From Selaginella moellendorffii (taxonomy: Eukaryota > Plantae > Lycopodiophyta), in the NCBI RefSeq assembly GCF_000143415.4, contig NW_003314281.1, positions 2,085,882 to 2,149,881 of the forward strand: DNA of 64,000 bases, written 5' to 3'. The notes under the pieces were generated by a model. That model made no database searches. It was not told the DNA's origin and worked only from the letters and a program-made list of their open reading frames with translations. Every line of letters begins with the position of its first letter. The stretch's first letter is position 1. The position numbers and the translations under genes were made by a program. Below are positions 38,901 through 51,100 of the stretch, one piece after another.

Positions 38901-41900
38901 GAGGACATGGATCTGGATTTGGTACAACAACAGTGACCATAGTCACTTCTACTTCAGACTTAGGTTCTCTTTGGATGAGGAAGAGTTTCACTAAGTAGCT
39001 CTATTTTAGGGTAGTATTGCCAATTTTTGTACTAATCCCTATGGAACATTGGGGAATGTACACACACATTTCATTGAACCCAACCGTGTCTTACTAAAGG
39101 GTTGGGATTCAAACCCAACCACCATAGAATATGTCTATAGATTTGACATCTCCTCATGGAAGTTGGGCAAAAGGCCTTTAGAGTTTCATGTTAGCAAGAT
39201 AAAACTCTAGTCATGGCTTTTAGTTATATCCAAGGTTTTCCATACCAGCCTAACAATAATAATATTACTGGTAGTATTTCTCAAGTTTTGGATGAAGGAC
39301 ATCCCAACATATCCATTGATTAAGAATAACTATACAAAAAGGTGATGACCAGTAATTTTAAGTCTTAAGAAGTCCTATCAATTATGCGAAGGTTTTGGAC
39401 TTTTTTCCATTGGTACAAACTCCAGTGGATGATTCAGATTTAATGGCTACATATTACAAACAATATTGAACTCGAAGTAAATATTTTTATTAAGGATAAT
39501 CAAAGTTCAACAAGTTCCACCTACCGTAACATGAATGATTTATATTAGTGATTAATATTAAGCACTTATTACAAATGAATTAGGGGAAGTTTAAATGTGG
39601 AAAATTACAGCTTTTAGATTAGGGAATATCCTAGAATATACTTTAATATTCTAGGTATGTTCTTTATACAAGCAAATATACATTTAATATTTATGTATGG
39701 CTATAATGCCATTTACTAATTTTAGAATAGTAGACATTGTAGATGACACACTATTGTTAGTGTCATGCAAATATAGATGATGACTTTAAAGGATGGCATT
39801 GCAATGGTATCACTAGTTTGAGTGCAACCATTTGTGTGGATTAGCGCCTTCTTTTAAACATCTTCAAGCATGTATTTGGATATACTAACAATTGTGGTGC
39901 TACCTTTTAGCAATTGTATCATCTCTATCAAGGGCATCTAAGTTAACTATGCAATTTCATGTTTGCTTCTGGAGCCTCTTGCTTTATATAGAACCAAATA
40001 TGTTAGTGTGGATCAAATTGAGAATATTATAAGATTTTGTAAGACTTATGCATGCATTTATTCTAGCCACCCTTAATAACAATCTTTGATTGGTATAATA
40101 TTTTTTGATTAGCACAACACTATGAGACATCATTTCTCCCATTTGTTGCTGCACATACTTTAGCTCCACTTTCCATGGGAGATGATCATATTCTAATGAA
40201 GGTTGACACTATTAGTACTTATATTCAAAAACAAGGGTGAGGACATGGTCGTAACTATGATGTTCATTATTGAGTGTGTAATGAAGTTAGCCATGCATAT
40301 CAATGTTGTTAGTGTTTTCTGGATTGGCATCCTCTATTTTCTAGATATTCTTTCCTTCACTACTATAATGATAGGAAGTCAATATTGCTAGACCTTTATT
40401 AGTCTTTGCTTAAGCTAGTTGAGAAACTAGTTATCACATATGCACTTAGACTGGAAAGGCACTAAAGAAGGAAATCCTAAATTATCATTAGTCAAGCATA
40501 CTTGGCATAGTGATAAGAAATTTATGTTGTTGTTTACATTTACTAGTATTGAGAACCCTCATGATATTGAGCTTGGTCCCTTAATACTTGCTAACTGATA
40601 GTTTACCATATCTATCAAGACACCCTCTCTATTATACTTGATAGATTCTTTCTTTAACCATGATTATGCCTCTTGCTATTACTGCGATGATTGATGATCT
40701 TTCATGATAATTAATTATTCTCTTTGATGGCTTTTGGTTTTTCCCATTATCATATATTCTTTATAATTTACTCTAAATTGGTCTCTTGGGTTTGAGATAT
40801 CAATTGAATGTTGTTGACACTTACTTAAGAACCTTGAGTTCCTTAGTATAATTGATTGAGATCTATTCAGATTGGTTTGTGTAAAGTGTTTGTTTAATTT
40901 GCAATATTTATTTTATTTTATTGATTTTTACTACAGTTAATTTTAATAAATTTAGATGTTAGTTTTTTAAGTGATAAATTTATGAGTATTTTGCTTGCCA
41001 ATCAATAATATTTTATGTTCTTTGAGCTATCTTTTTTAGGTTTTTTGGCATGCTATCTATAATCTTTTATAGTTAAACTTTCTCATTGAATTTTCTTGAT
41101 GATAAACTTACTATTGAATGTTGTTGATTGATTAATCCTATGACTTTAACCTTTTATGATATTGATGGTTTCTATACTCTATTTTATACTAGTTTATAAA
41201 ATAATAACTGCATTAGAATACTTTTGTGTTCTAAAATATGATTTATTCACTGATAATTTAGTCTTTAAGATATTATTATCTATGACTTTGTCTATCTCTT
41301 GATCTTTTTATTGAGGCCAGTAAAGGCAAATTGGTTTCAACACTTCGTTTGTATGGTGAAATTTCTAATTATAGAGTAGCTAATATAGACTAGTCACATC
41401 ACCCACCTCTCTCTTGATGTTCTTTATTTTGTTTAAAAGGGTGTGACTATATAAACAACTCTAATTGCTTCTTTCCAACAGTTTATCTAAACTTTGCTAA
41501 CAAGTTTGGTTTTTTTGCTCATGAAGATTAGGGCTTCTGACATTTCTTTCTATGTCACCTGTAAGCAGGGACATATCATCTTTTGTAAGCTGGGTGACAC
41601 CCAGAGTAGTAAGGGTGGTTGACTTTATTAGTCATTTCTTTGGCGGTAACGGTCGGAAGTTGAGTTGTAACACATTTACATTAGATAAAAAGGTTTCCTC
41701 CTAACTCATTTAAGTTGGTGCAACAATTGGAAGATGAAGACTATACAGTGATATTCAATAACACTTAGAAAGCTTTCATGGTAGAGATCATGTTGGCCTT
41801 CATCAATAGTTTGGAGCCCCAAATCTGTAGGAAAGTGATGAAACATTCAAACTAGAAGTTTTTGAGCATGAGGCATGTGTAGAGCGACAACTTCAAGGCA

Positions 41901-42049
41901 AATTTAGAGACAACAGCTATGCAAGCTTTGAGCAGATAAGATATGAGAACAATGGTCTATTGGAATCAGATTTTCTAGAGATGTCTTAGGTTGCAAAATT
42001 TCTAGCAAGTCGTAGTGGTAAGTTCCTGCTGTAGTTGCTGTATTGGGCA

Positions 42050-45000
42050 TGTTATGATCCGGCGCAAAAAGACAAAGATCTCGTTGCCCTAGACTATGCT
42101 ATGCCACCTCTTGAGGTTCCTCACCACCCAACCACCCCCGAGCTACCTCAAAACCTCCACTGCGCCGCCGCTCCACTGTGAGCCCTAGGGTAGGTTAAGT
42201 CCTTTACCCTAACATGCCTTAATATACCCTTGAGCCTCCCTTTGACCGACGTTGACCACGTAGTCAAAGCTGGCGCCAAACAATTCTTCCCCCCCAACAA
42301 AGTCCTTGTCCCAAGGACGAGTTGTACCGGTGATCACCCTTTGTGGGGAATCCTGCTCAAGCTCCTGGTCCATCTTCCACAGCCGTATACATCAAGGAGG
42401 CATTGGGCCCGTCACTCCGAGATAGTACACTTTTCAACTGGCTGACATAAAATACCGGATGAATTTTCACCCCAGCTGGCAGCCGCACCCGATAAGCCGC
42501 TTTACCAATGCGCTCCAGCACTTCATATGGACCAGCATATCGATGGGAGAGTTTATCACTCTTCCCTATCCGTAAAGGCACCAAGGTGTTCCGCCGCTCA
42601 CTTGACGGAAAGATCACTCGCACGAAGACGAGATCACCCACCTTATATTCCCGGAATTGGCGATGCTCATTAGCAAACTTCTCCGCTCTATCCTGAGCTG
42701 CTTGCAAATTCCGTTTGCATACCACCAGAATCTCATCAAGTTCTGTGGCCAGATCAGTTGCCTCGGAATCAAGCTTTTCTTGAACGTCCTTACTCAAATG
42801 CAATCCCAACTCCACCGCTGTTCGAGGATGCCTTCCAAACATCGCAAAGTAAGGACTTAGCTTGGTTCCACTGTGTTGGCTATTGTTGTAAGCAAATTGC
42901 ACCAACGGAAGATATAGATCCCACTGTCCTTGCCTTTGACCAATGCTACAACGTAGCATATCCTCCACCACCTGATTCACACGCTCAGTTTGCCCATCCA
43001 TCTGAGGATGATCTCCACTCGAGAGTTTCAAAGTCACTTGCATAGCCTTTGGAAAGCTTTTCCAAAATCCACTGGTGAACTTTGAATCTTGATCACTAAT
43101 GATGTCCTCCGGCAAACCAAAATCAGGAAAAACCTTCTCCAAGTAAACCGCAGCCAAGTCTGAGGCAGTGACAGTTTTCCGAAAAGCCAACAACCGCACA
43201 TACTTCGTCAACCGATCTACTATGACCCATACTTGCTCCTTTTGCCTCTGTGTTCGTGGCAAACAAGTGATGAAGTCCATAGAGATACTACACCAACGGC
43301 TCTGAGGAATAGGTAAAGGTTGCAAAAGTCCCCCCGGCTTCTCCCGTGGCACCTTAACCCGCTGACAAAGCTCGCATGATTTACAATACTTGAGGATATC
43401 AGCCTTCATATTCCTCCAATAAAAGTTGCGCTTAATCAACTCATACGTCTTCTTCCCCCCAAAATGACCGGCCTCTGGACGATCATGATAGTGGAATAAA
43501 ACTTGAGTAATTAACGCATCCACCCGTGGCAAATAGACACGGCCATTGTAGTAGAGAATCCCATCCACCAATGAGAAAGGAGCTTCCATCTGGTCTCGCA
43601 AAGAGGCCACCTCAGCATCCTGAGCCTGAGCATGCTCAACCAACTGCCCAAACTCGCTGACCACCTTACTCAAATGATGACAAAATCGTGTTCGTAACAT
43701 CGTCACATGACGAACACGAGATAAAGCATCCACCACCACATTTGATTTTCCCGGACGATGCTCAATAGGAAACTCCCCAAACTCCATGAGTTTGACCATC
43801 CAATGAGCTTGCCTAGTGTTCAACTCCTTCTGTGTGAAAAGATACACAAGTGGTTTGTGATCTGTCAACACCACGAACACTGCACCATAAAGATAGTGCC
43901 GCCACGTCCGCAAAGCATGAACAATAGAGAGTAACTCTTGCTCATATGTGGAATAGCGTTGCTCCGCGGAATTCAAAGTTCGACTCTCATATGCAATAGG
44001 CTGTCCCTCTTGCATGAGAACTCCTCCCAGTGCATAACCACTCGCATCGCATGTCACCTCGTAAGGTTTCGATGGATCAGCAATGCGAAGCACTGGAGCC
44101 TTGATCAACAATCGTTTCAGCGCCACAAAACTCTCCTCTTGTGGCGTCTTCCACTCGAATGGCACATTCTTGCGTAACAACCGCGTCAATGGAATAGCCA
44201 CCTCTGCAAACTTATGCTGGAAACATCGGTAGTAACTAGCCATACCAAGAAAACTGCGCAACTCGGCCACTGTAGTCGGTGTAGGCCAGTTTTCCACCAC
44301 AGCCACCTTCCTTGGATCCGTCTTGACACCCTTAGATGTCACAATATGGCCTAGATATTCCACCTCCGACTTTGCAAATTCACATTTGCTCTTCTTCGCA
44401 TAAAGTTTGCTGTCTCGAAGTAACAAAAGAACCTTGCGCAAATGCACCCTATGCTCCTCCATATTCTTGCTAAAAACAAGAATATCGTCCAAGAAAATCT
44501 CCACAAACTCATGAAGATAACGCCCAAAGACCTCCGTCATCAACCGAGTAAATGTGGCCGGTGCATTCGTCAAACCAAATGGCATAACTGTAAACTCAAA
44601 ATGTCCGAAGCTTGTGTTGAATGCCGTCTTGGAGATAGATGCATCATCCATTGCAATCTGATGATATCCACTCCTCAGATCAATCTTGGTAAACACTCGT
44701 GCTTCACCAAGCTTGTCTAGGATATCATCCACACGTGGCATCGGCATCTTGTCCTTCACTGTCTTCTTGTTTAAAGCACGGTAGTCAATACACATCCGCA
44801 TTGAACCGTCCTTCTTCTTCACAAGCAAGACCGGAGCACCAAACGGAGACTTACTTGGCTGAATAAATCCAAACTCAAGTAACTCCTTGACTTGTCGCTG
44901 AACTTCTTGCTCCTCCGCATAACTTAACCGAAATGGACGCCGGTAAATTGGCCGCGTCCCCGGCTCCAATGTAATTCCATGCTCCACACCTCGTAATGGA

Positions 45001-46965
45001 GGCAATCCATGAGGAAGTTCAGATGGAAAAACATCAAAAAACTCGTCGAGTACATCCCGTACTGCTGCTTCTCCCCCACACGTGCCTTGGTCACCCAAGT
45101 CACGAACAAACAGCAAGTAACTCGAAAGTGCTTTTCCATTACGACAAGCCCGCTTCAAAGATGTAGCAGAGAGCATAACAACTAGTGGTTGAACGCCCTC
45201 GCCAAACCACACATCTTTAACTCCACCATACTCCAGCGAGATACGCTTAATGCTCCACTTTATCTCTGGATCCACCTTCACCAACCATGGCATCCCAAGA
45301 ATGAGATCCACATGATGGATATCCGCGAGATAAAAAGTCTCCACAAGTGTGGTTTTGCCAACCAACACTTCCAGCCCCTCGACACAAGCATCAAAATGCT
45401 GAGTAGAGGTAGCTGCACCTTCCACTGTGTATGGAAGAACTCCACGTGTGTTCAGGCGATGCTCCGCAACAAACTTTGCCGAAACAAAGTTGTCATCGCT
45501 CCCACTATCCAGTAAAATCCGCACTGGATCGCCACGGAACACGCCCTCCAGCATTAAAGCTGATTCACGCGTATCCTCAAGCTCCATCTTGTTCCACACA
45601 CAGTTGAGCTGACGAGCAACGATCGAAAGTCGCTTCCTCCGACCGGAATGGTCGTTCTCCTCCTCCTCACGCTGCAAAGTTTGCAACTTTTTAGTATCGG
45701 ACTTACCGTGAGAAGAAGATTGGCCATTCTTCTTGTCCTGCTGCTTGTTCTTCAACTGCGGACAATCAGCCTTGTAGTGTCCAAGTTCGCCGCAATGATG
45801 ACAACCCTGTCTATAATTCTTCACAAAGAACTTCTGCTTCTTGGACCCCTTTGCATCCGAGGTAGTCACCACCGACTTCAACTTGTGATGCTTGTTCCCA
45901 TCCTTGTGTCCACGGCGATCATCACGACGATTCTCGACAGAAGGACTCCGCGAATGCTTGCGAGACTTGTGCTTGTCATTATCAAGTCGACGAGCCGCAT
46001 CAAAGAGCTCCTCCAAACTCTTTGTAGGCTGAGAATGACGCAAGTGTTGCCGCATGCTCTCACTATGTAGGCCATCAATGAAGTAGGATTTGTTCTGATC
46101 TGGATCCTTCGTTGGAACACGACTAATCAAGCGAGTAAGCTTCTCAATATAATCCCCAAGCGTCATTTTCCTTTGCTGGAAATGGCGAAGTTCTGTACGA
46201 GCATTCTCCACGTCGTAATGAGGGGCAAAACGTAAACGGAAAGCAGCCTCAAACTCATCCATGGTAGATACTGGTGATTTCTTATCCGCAACACGGGACT
46301 CCTCAAGCCAATTCCACCATCGAAGACCCGTATCACGCAAAACCATCGGAATAGCCACTAAAGCCTCTGCATCTGGAGTTCCTCTAGCAGCCAAAAACTT
46401 ATTCACATTGGCTAGCCAAGCAAGACACTCGTCCACACCACCATCACCGGAAAAGGTTGGAATCTTGAGTCGATCTACCAAAGAAGGCTTACTTGGAGCG
46501 CTACCCCATCCAGCCTCGAGTGCCTCAACACGCCCACGCATGGTATCCATCATGCCATGCATCTCGTCTTGCATCTCTTGCTGATTTTTATTAAGGGCTC
46601 GCAGCTCATGAACCACATCTTGAATGGTCCAAATCTCCGCAGCTTCGTCGGCACCATCGTCGGCACCACCATCGATGATAGGATTCCAGCGTTCAGCTTG
46701 GTCGGCCATCGCAACCAATTCTCTGATACCAATGTTATGATCCGGCGCAAAAAGACAAAGATCTCGTTGCCCTAGACTATGCTACGCCACCTCTTGAGGT
46801 TCCTCACCACCCAACCACCCCCGAGCTACCTCAAAAGCTCCACTGCGCCGCCGCTCCACTGTGAGCCCTAGGGTAGGTTAAGTCCTTTACCCTAACATGC
46901 CTTAATATACCCTTGAGCCTCCCTTTGACCGACGTTGACCACGTAGTCAAAGCTGGCGCCTAACA
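42050..46965 (-). mobile_element. Young full-length Ty3/gypsy LTR retrotransposon (4916 bp)
   Basis: 233-bp LTRs at 42050-42282 and 46733-46965 (TG...CA, about 3 mismatches by eye). GGGCA TSD at 42045-49 and 46966-70. tRNA-iMet PBS TGGTATCAGAG at ~46721-46731(-). PPT at ~42283-42295. Confidence 0.97.
42357..46709 (-). CDS. Uninterrupted gag-pol polyprotein (gag, CCHC knuckle, protease, RT, RNase H, integrase, GPY/F)
   Basis: CHHCGELGHYKADC, LLDSGS, FLDDIL, CDASG, integrase H-H-C-C and SDQD...GQTERVN, GPYEVLER. First ATG at 46709; the ORF track starts at an upstream TTG. Confidence 0.95.
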   Translation of the reverse strand: MADQAERWNPIIDGGADDGADEAAEIWTIQDVVHELRALNKNQQEMQDEMHGMMDTMRGRVEALEAGWGSAPSKPSLVDRLKIPTFSGDGGVDECLAWLANVNKFLAARGTPDAEALVAIPMVLRDTGLRWWNWLEESRVADKKSPVSTMDEFEAAFRLRFAPHYDVENARTELRHFQQRKMTLGDYIEKLTRLISRVPTKDPDQNKSYFIDGLHSESMRQHLRHSQPTKSLEELFDAARRLDNDKHKSRKHSRSPSVENRRDDRRGHKDGNKHHKLKSVVTTSDAKGSKKQKFFVKNYRQGCHHCGELGHYKADCPQLKNKQQDKKNGQSSSHGKSDTKKLQTLQREEEENDHSGRRKRLSIVARQLNCVWNKMELEDTRESALMLEGVFRGDPVRILLDSGSDDNFVSAKFVAEHRLNTRGVLPYTVEGAATSTQHFDACVEGLEVLVGKTTLVETFYLADIHHVDLILGMPWLVKVDPEIKWSIKRISLEYGGVKDVWFGEGVQPLVVMLSATSLKRACRNGKALSSYLLFVRDLGDQGTCGGEAAVRDVLDEFFDVFPSELPHGLPPLRGVEHGITLEPGTRPIYRRPFRLSYAEEQEVQRQVKELLEFGFIQPSKSPFGAPVLLVKKKDGSMRMCIDYRALNKKTVKDKMPMPRVDDILDKLGEARVFTKIDLRSGYHQIAMDDASISKTAFNTSFGHFEFTVMPFGLTNAPATFTRLMTEVFGRYLHEFVEIFLDDILVFSKNMEEHRVHLRKVLLLLRDSKLYAKKSKCEFAKSEVEYLGHIVTSKGVKTDPRKVAVVENWPTPTTVAELRSFLGMASYYRCFQHKFAEVAIPLTRLLRKNVPFEWKTPQEESFVALKRLLIKAPVLRIADPSKPYEVTCDASGYALGGVLMQEGQPIAYESRTLNSAEQRYSTYEQELLSIVHALRTWRHYLYGAVFVVLTDHKPLVYLFTQKELNTRQAHWMVKLMEFGEFPIEHRPGKSNVVVDALSRVRHVTMLRTRFCHHLSKVVSEFGQLVEHAQAQDAEVASLRDQMEAPFSLVDGILYYNGRVYLPRVDALITQVLFHYHDRPEAGHFGGKKTYELIKRNFYWRNMKADILKYCKSCELCQRVKVPREKPGGLLQPLPIPQSRWCSISMDFITCLPRTQRQKEQVWVIVDRLTKYVRLLAFRKTVTASDLAAVYLEKVFPDFGLPEDIISDQDSKFTSGFWKSFPKAMQVTLKLSSGDHPQMDGQTERVNQVVEDMLRCSIGQRQGQWDLYLPLVQFAYNNSQHSGTKLSPYFAMFGRHPRTAVELGLHLSKDVQEKLDSEATDLATELDEILVVCKRNLQAAQDRAEKFANEHRQFREYKVGDLVFVRVIFPSSERRNTLVPLRIGKSDKLSHRYAGPYEVLERIGKAAYRVRLPAGVKIHPVFYVSQLKSVLSRSDGPNASLMYTAVEDGPGA

Positions 46966-49900
46966 GGGCATGACAAGCAGGTGGACGTATCTCCAGCAAT
47001 AGCTGGCTAGGCATTATGCTGATATATCTCTTCCTTTGACGAGCCTTTTGAAAACGAACATTCCTTTTGTGTGGACCCTTGAGTGCCAAGCTTCCTTTAT
47101 ATAGCTGAAGCGAGCCTTGACAACTGCTCCAATTCTTAAGCCACTAGACTGGAATTTGAAATTCCATGTTCAAGTTGACACTTCAGCTTTTGCTATTGGT
47201 GCTATTTTATGCCTGCCAGTTAATGGTTGGGATCATCCCATCTTTTATTTGAGTAGTTAGTTATCTCTGGCTGAAAAGAATTATACAGCTAGTGAATGTG
47301 AGGGCTTGGGAATGGTGTTTGCTGTTACCAAATATTGTGACTATCTGCTGGGAAAGCCATTCCTCTTCTATCTAGATCACTAGGCACTGCACTATATCAA
47401 TAAGCTTTGTCAACATGGCCGAATCACTCACTAGTTGCTTTTGCTTCAAGAGTTCAAATTTGAGATCGTGTTGAAGCCTGGAAAATCTCATGTGATTCCT
47501 GATCATCTTTCACGATTACCAGGAGAACCTGCCATGGAAGGAGATTATGATGAGCTGCTCGATGCTCCTCTTTTCTTGTTGGAGGCAAGCATTTTTCTAT
47601 GGGAATTCCAGATGTGCTCTCAACTCGACCAGAAGCAGAGAACTACCAGGTTGTAGCTGTTCTAGAGTGGTATCAGGGTATCACAGAATTTCTGCTGCTG
47701 GCAGATTTCCCGATATGCTGAAGGTGGCATAGAAGAGGCTTCTTTACCAGTCACGACCTTTCACCTTGATTGCTGGCCGGCTTTATAAGGAAGGAAGAGG
47801 GTGTTCTGAGGCATTGCATTCTTCCTCATGAGGTGCAGTAGGTGATTGGCTCTTGCCATGATTCCCCCTATGGTGGGCATTAGCAACTATATAGCTTGTG
47901 CTCAAAACTGATTATTGGTGGCCAACACTCCAGCAAGATGTAGTGAAGTTTGTGAGAAGTTGTGACCCATGCTAGCATGTTGGACGTCCTACTTGGTGAG
48001 ATGCAATGCTGTTACATCCAATTACTCCAGCTCTACTTTTTGAGAAGTGGAGAATCAACTTCAATTGCCAGAATCATTATATCTTTGTCTGCACAGATCA
48101 TGTGACCAAGTGGGTGGAAGTTGAGGCTTTTACCAAGGACACAATCGAGAAGGTGGCAGGATTCTCTACAAGAACATCGTCACAGGCTTCAGCTGCCTGC
48201 TTGAGCTTGTGAGTGATCAAGGTATGCATTTTATTAATGCAATCATTGTATCTCTTACAGTGAAGTATGGCATTTCCCATCAGCACTCGATGCCATATCA
48301 TCCTCGAGCAAATGGCAAAGTTGAGAGAACAAATAAGACACTATGCAACACCATGACCAAGCTTGAAGGTGAATCTTTCCCACAATACTAATATAGGAGG
48401 AGGTATAAAAGGAATCAACATGTGAATGATAAGGTAAAATAAAGTTAATTGCATCCTTACATGAAATGAAAAGCTTGTTTTATATCAAATATTTATGAAA
48501 GTGTCAAATGTCAATGACAATATCAAATGTTAGTAATTGTAAATTATCATTCTCATCTATCACCATCACTTTGTAGCACTTGTGTGTTGCCATCTCCTCC
48601 TTCAACATCTTGTAAACAATTGTATATGATATAATAGCACCGTCTAGAACAAAGTATGTTATTTACAACTAATATCATTTTATTATATATTTTTTTCTTT
48701 TAAAAGAGACAATACTATAGTATAGTAAAGTCATTTTAGATTTTATATTCCACTATAGAGTGGCCTAAAAACTCCATATTTTGTACTAGCTAATGCAGTG
48801 TTTCCTAAAGGGATGTTGTTCCTCACCATGAAGTGATAGTGGGTATGTGTCTATAACTTGTTCTTCAATCTATTTTACATCCACATCTGCATATTTTCCA
48901 GACCCACCTTTGAGCAATTGCTACAATGCTCAAGAAAATTTTGTAAACCCATGGAGCTATTTGTCTTGTCTAAAAAAAAGTAGCATATTAGATATTGAAT
49001 ATAATAGCATTTTGTGCTTTTAAGTAGTCCTGCCATGTTAGGAGCAAAATCTTGCAAAAATATGTAGCATTGCTCTTGAAGCACTAAAGGCAATCCTTCT
49101 CTAGTAACAAAATCTAAAATTTCAAATATAGAGAGCTTTAGTTTAGCTTCACTAAAGCCCCTAGCAAAAAGAGGATTTTTATATGGAAATGAAGGTGGAA
49201 TGTTGGTAAAATTTGTGATATGAAATGCTGGGGGGCCAAGTACAAGTAATAGTGACTTTCCTTCAAGCCATTTTTATACAAACTTCCAAAGATCTCAAGG
49301 AAAATAAAAAAATTACAATAACTTTAATTTTTCTTGGTAATTTATATACTAAGTTTTAGTATAGGGAATGAGGTTTATTTATTATGACACTGACAGTATT
49401 TAGATTCTTGAAATGTCAATTTTGGAAATGAGGCTTTATAATCATAACTTTTTTGTAAACATAAGAGCTTCTAGAATTTTATATTATTGTGTTTAGACAT
49501 GCTTTATCATTCTAATAAAAGCCTACTTTGCTATGCATATTTTTTTCTACATATAGCAATTTTCTAGGGAAATAGACTGCAAGGAAATATAGATCATATT
49601 ATAGTGGCAAAGCACATTGGCACACTGGCACATTGCCACTTTCTTGTATAAAATTACCTTTCAATCTTGCAAATGTAGATACAGTTTATTCTTTGATATG
49701 ATATTACTTTTGAGTCTTTCGAAAGATTTTGATTTCTTTTATTATTATTCACAAATAACTCCTAAAAACTCTTATTGGGAATTTACCACAAAAATATACC
49801 TTGGTCTTTTCATATGGGAGGATTGCAATAAAGACAGGCAATAGAGTTTTTTATATGAATTAGAATATAAATTACAAATATCATGAAAAGTTTTATGGAG

Positions 49901-51100
49901 TAGATTTCTTGGTGCTTTCTGCCGTATTATTCATTTTTTCATTTCTTTTTCTTTAGACTGTTTTTCAGAAGTAATATGAGCATTTTTATCAATAGTGATT
50001 GTCATATGAGAAAGTTGACTCTCTTTGCATTTTTCCCTTGTTTTTTCAGAGATTTGTGTGGTTTGTGAGTGGAGGAAGTGCAAAAAGAAGTGAAGTAGTG
50101 TGCTAGAGCCCCAAAGGGGAAATGCAGCCGAAGTTGGTGAAGTTTAAGTGGTTTTGGAGCCGAGAATTTCTCGGCAATTATCTTGCATGCAGTGAAGAGT
50201 TGAGAGATGAAAATTTCAGGAAGGTTGAAGAGCTCAGTGAGGGCTTTCCAACGAGCCTAAGAGCAAAAATATTGGACGTGTGAATTAGAAGATATTTTTA
50301 GTTGAAGTTGTAAGAGTGAAGCTTGTGGAGAAGCTTCATCAGCAAAACTTTAAGTGTATAAAGATGGAATATTCCATGTAGGAATATTCTGAGCATAGCC
50401 AAGGAATATTCTGGGAGGTTCCAGAGGGGATATCCTAGAATCTTCCCAAGTGTTTAGGGGTCACAGGGGCAGTTATTAAGGAGTGGAACAAGTGCATGGA
50501 AATGGTGCAATAGCATGGAGTCTCTCGATATCATTTGCATGCAGATTGTATCACCTCACAGTTCTTTTATTTTCCTTGCTTCCCATTTTCTTAAAATGAA
50601 AAATCTTTTGAATGAAAGAATAGTATGTAATTATATGATAGCTGTCAAAGTAGTCAAAAAATGAAGTAGTCAAATCAAAATATGACAGCTGTAACAATAG
50701 TTATAGTAAAATAATATAGCTTTACAAAAGATAGGTTCTTATGAACTTTGTCTTTTTCAAATGACTCAATTTAGTAGATCAGTCAAGCAATCAAGATTCT
50801 AAAGGTTAGATTTTAGGGTTCCTTCCTCTTCTAAACCCTAGCTCTTCTCTACGGTTTTGGATTTTGAATGTAAGTCTTCCATTGGCTCTCATAATGTTAC
50901 CAAAGTTCCAAGGAGATGGCTAAGAAGATGCTCAAGTCCATATTGACCAAACAAAGAGTTTTCAACACAAATCCTTTGCCTCAAGCACAATATTTCCTCA
51001 TCACATAAGCATGGACTGAATTCTTTGTGTTGGGTGGTGGTGCATCCTCTTCACAACAACACCAAGCTTAGCAGGATATGAAGGGGAAGCATGTAGATGC

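Larger units (their letters stand above)
41650..48380 (+). mobile_element. Old degenerate Ty3/gypsy element, split by the younger insertion
   Basis: 46971-48380 encodes decayed RNase H/integrase pieces: FVWTLECQASF...APILKPLDW...VDTSAFAIGAIL, LLLQEFKFEIVLKPGKSHVIPDHLSR, DHVTKWVEV, SDQGMHF...PYHPRANGKVERTNKTL. The left boundary is uncertain. Confidence 0.75.

Noticed and set aside
38950-41600. AT-rich stretch with faint coding-like pattern
   Set aside because: No motif, terminus or family could be recognised; probably a very old TE remnant. The same applies to ~35300-36900 and ~48400-51100.
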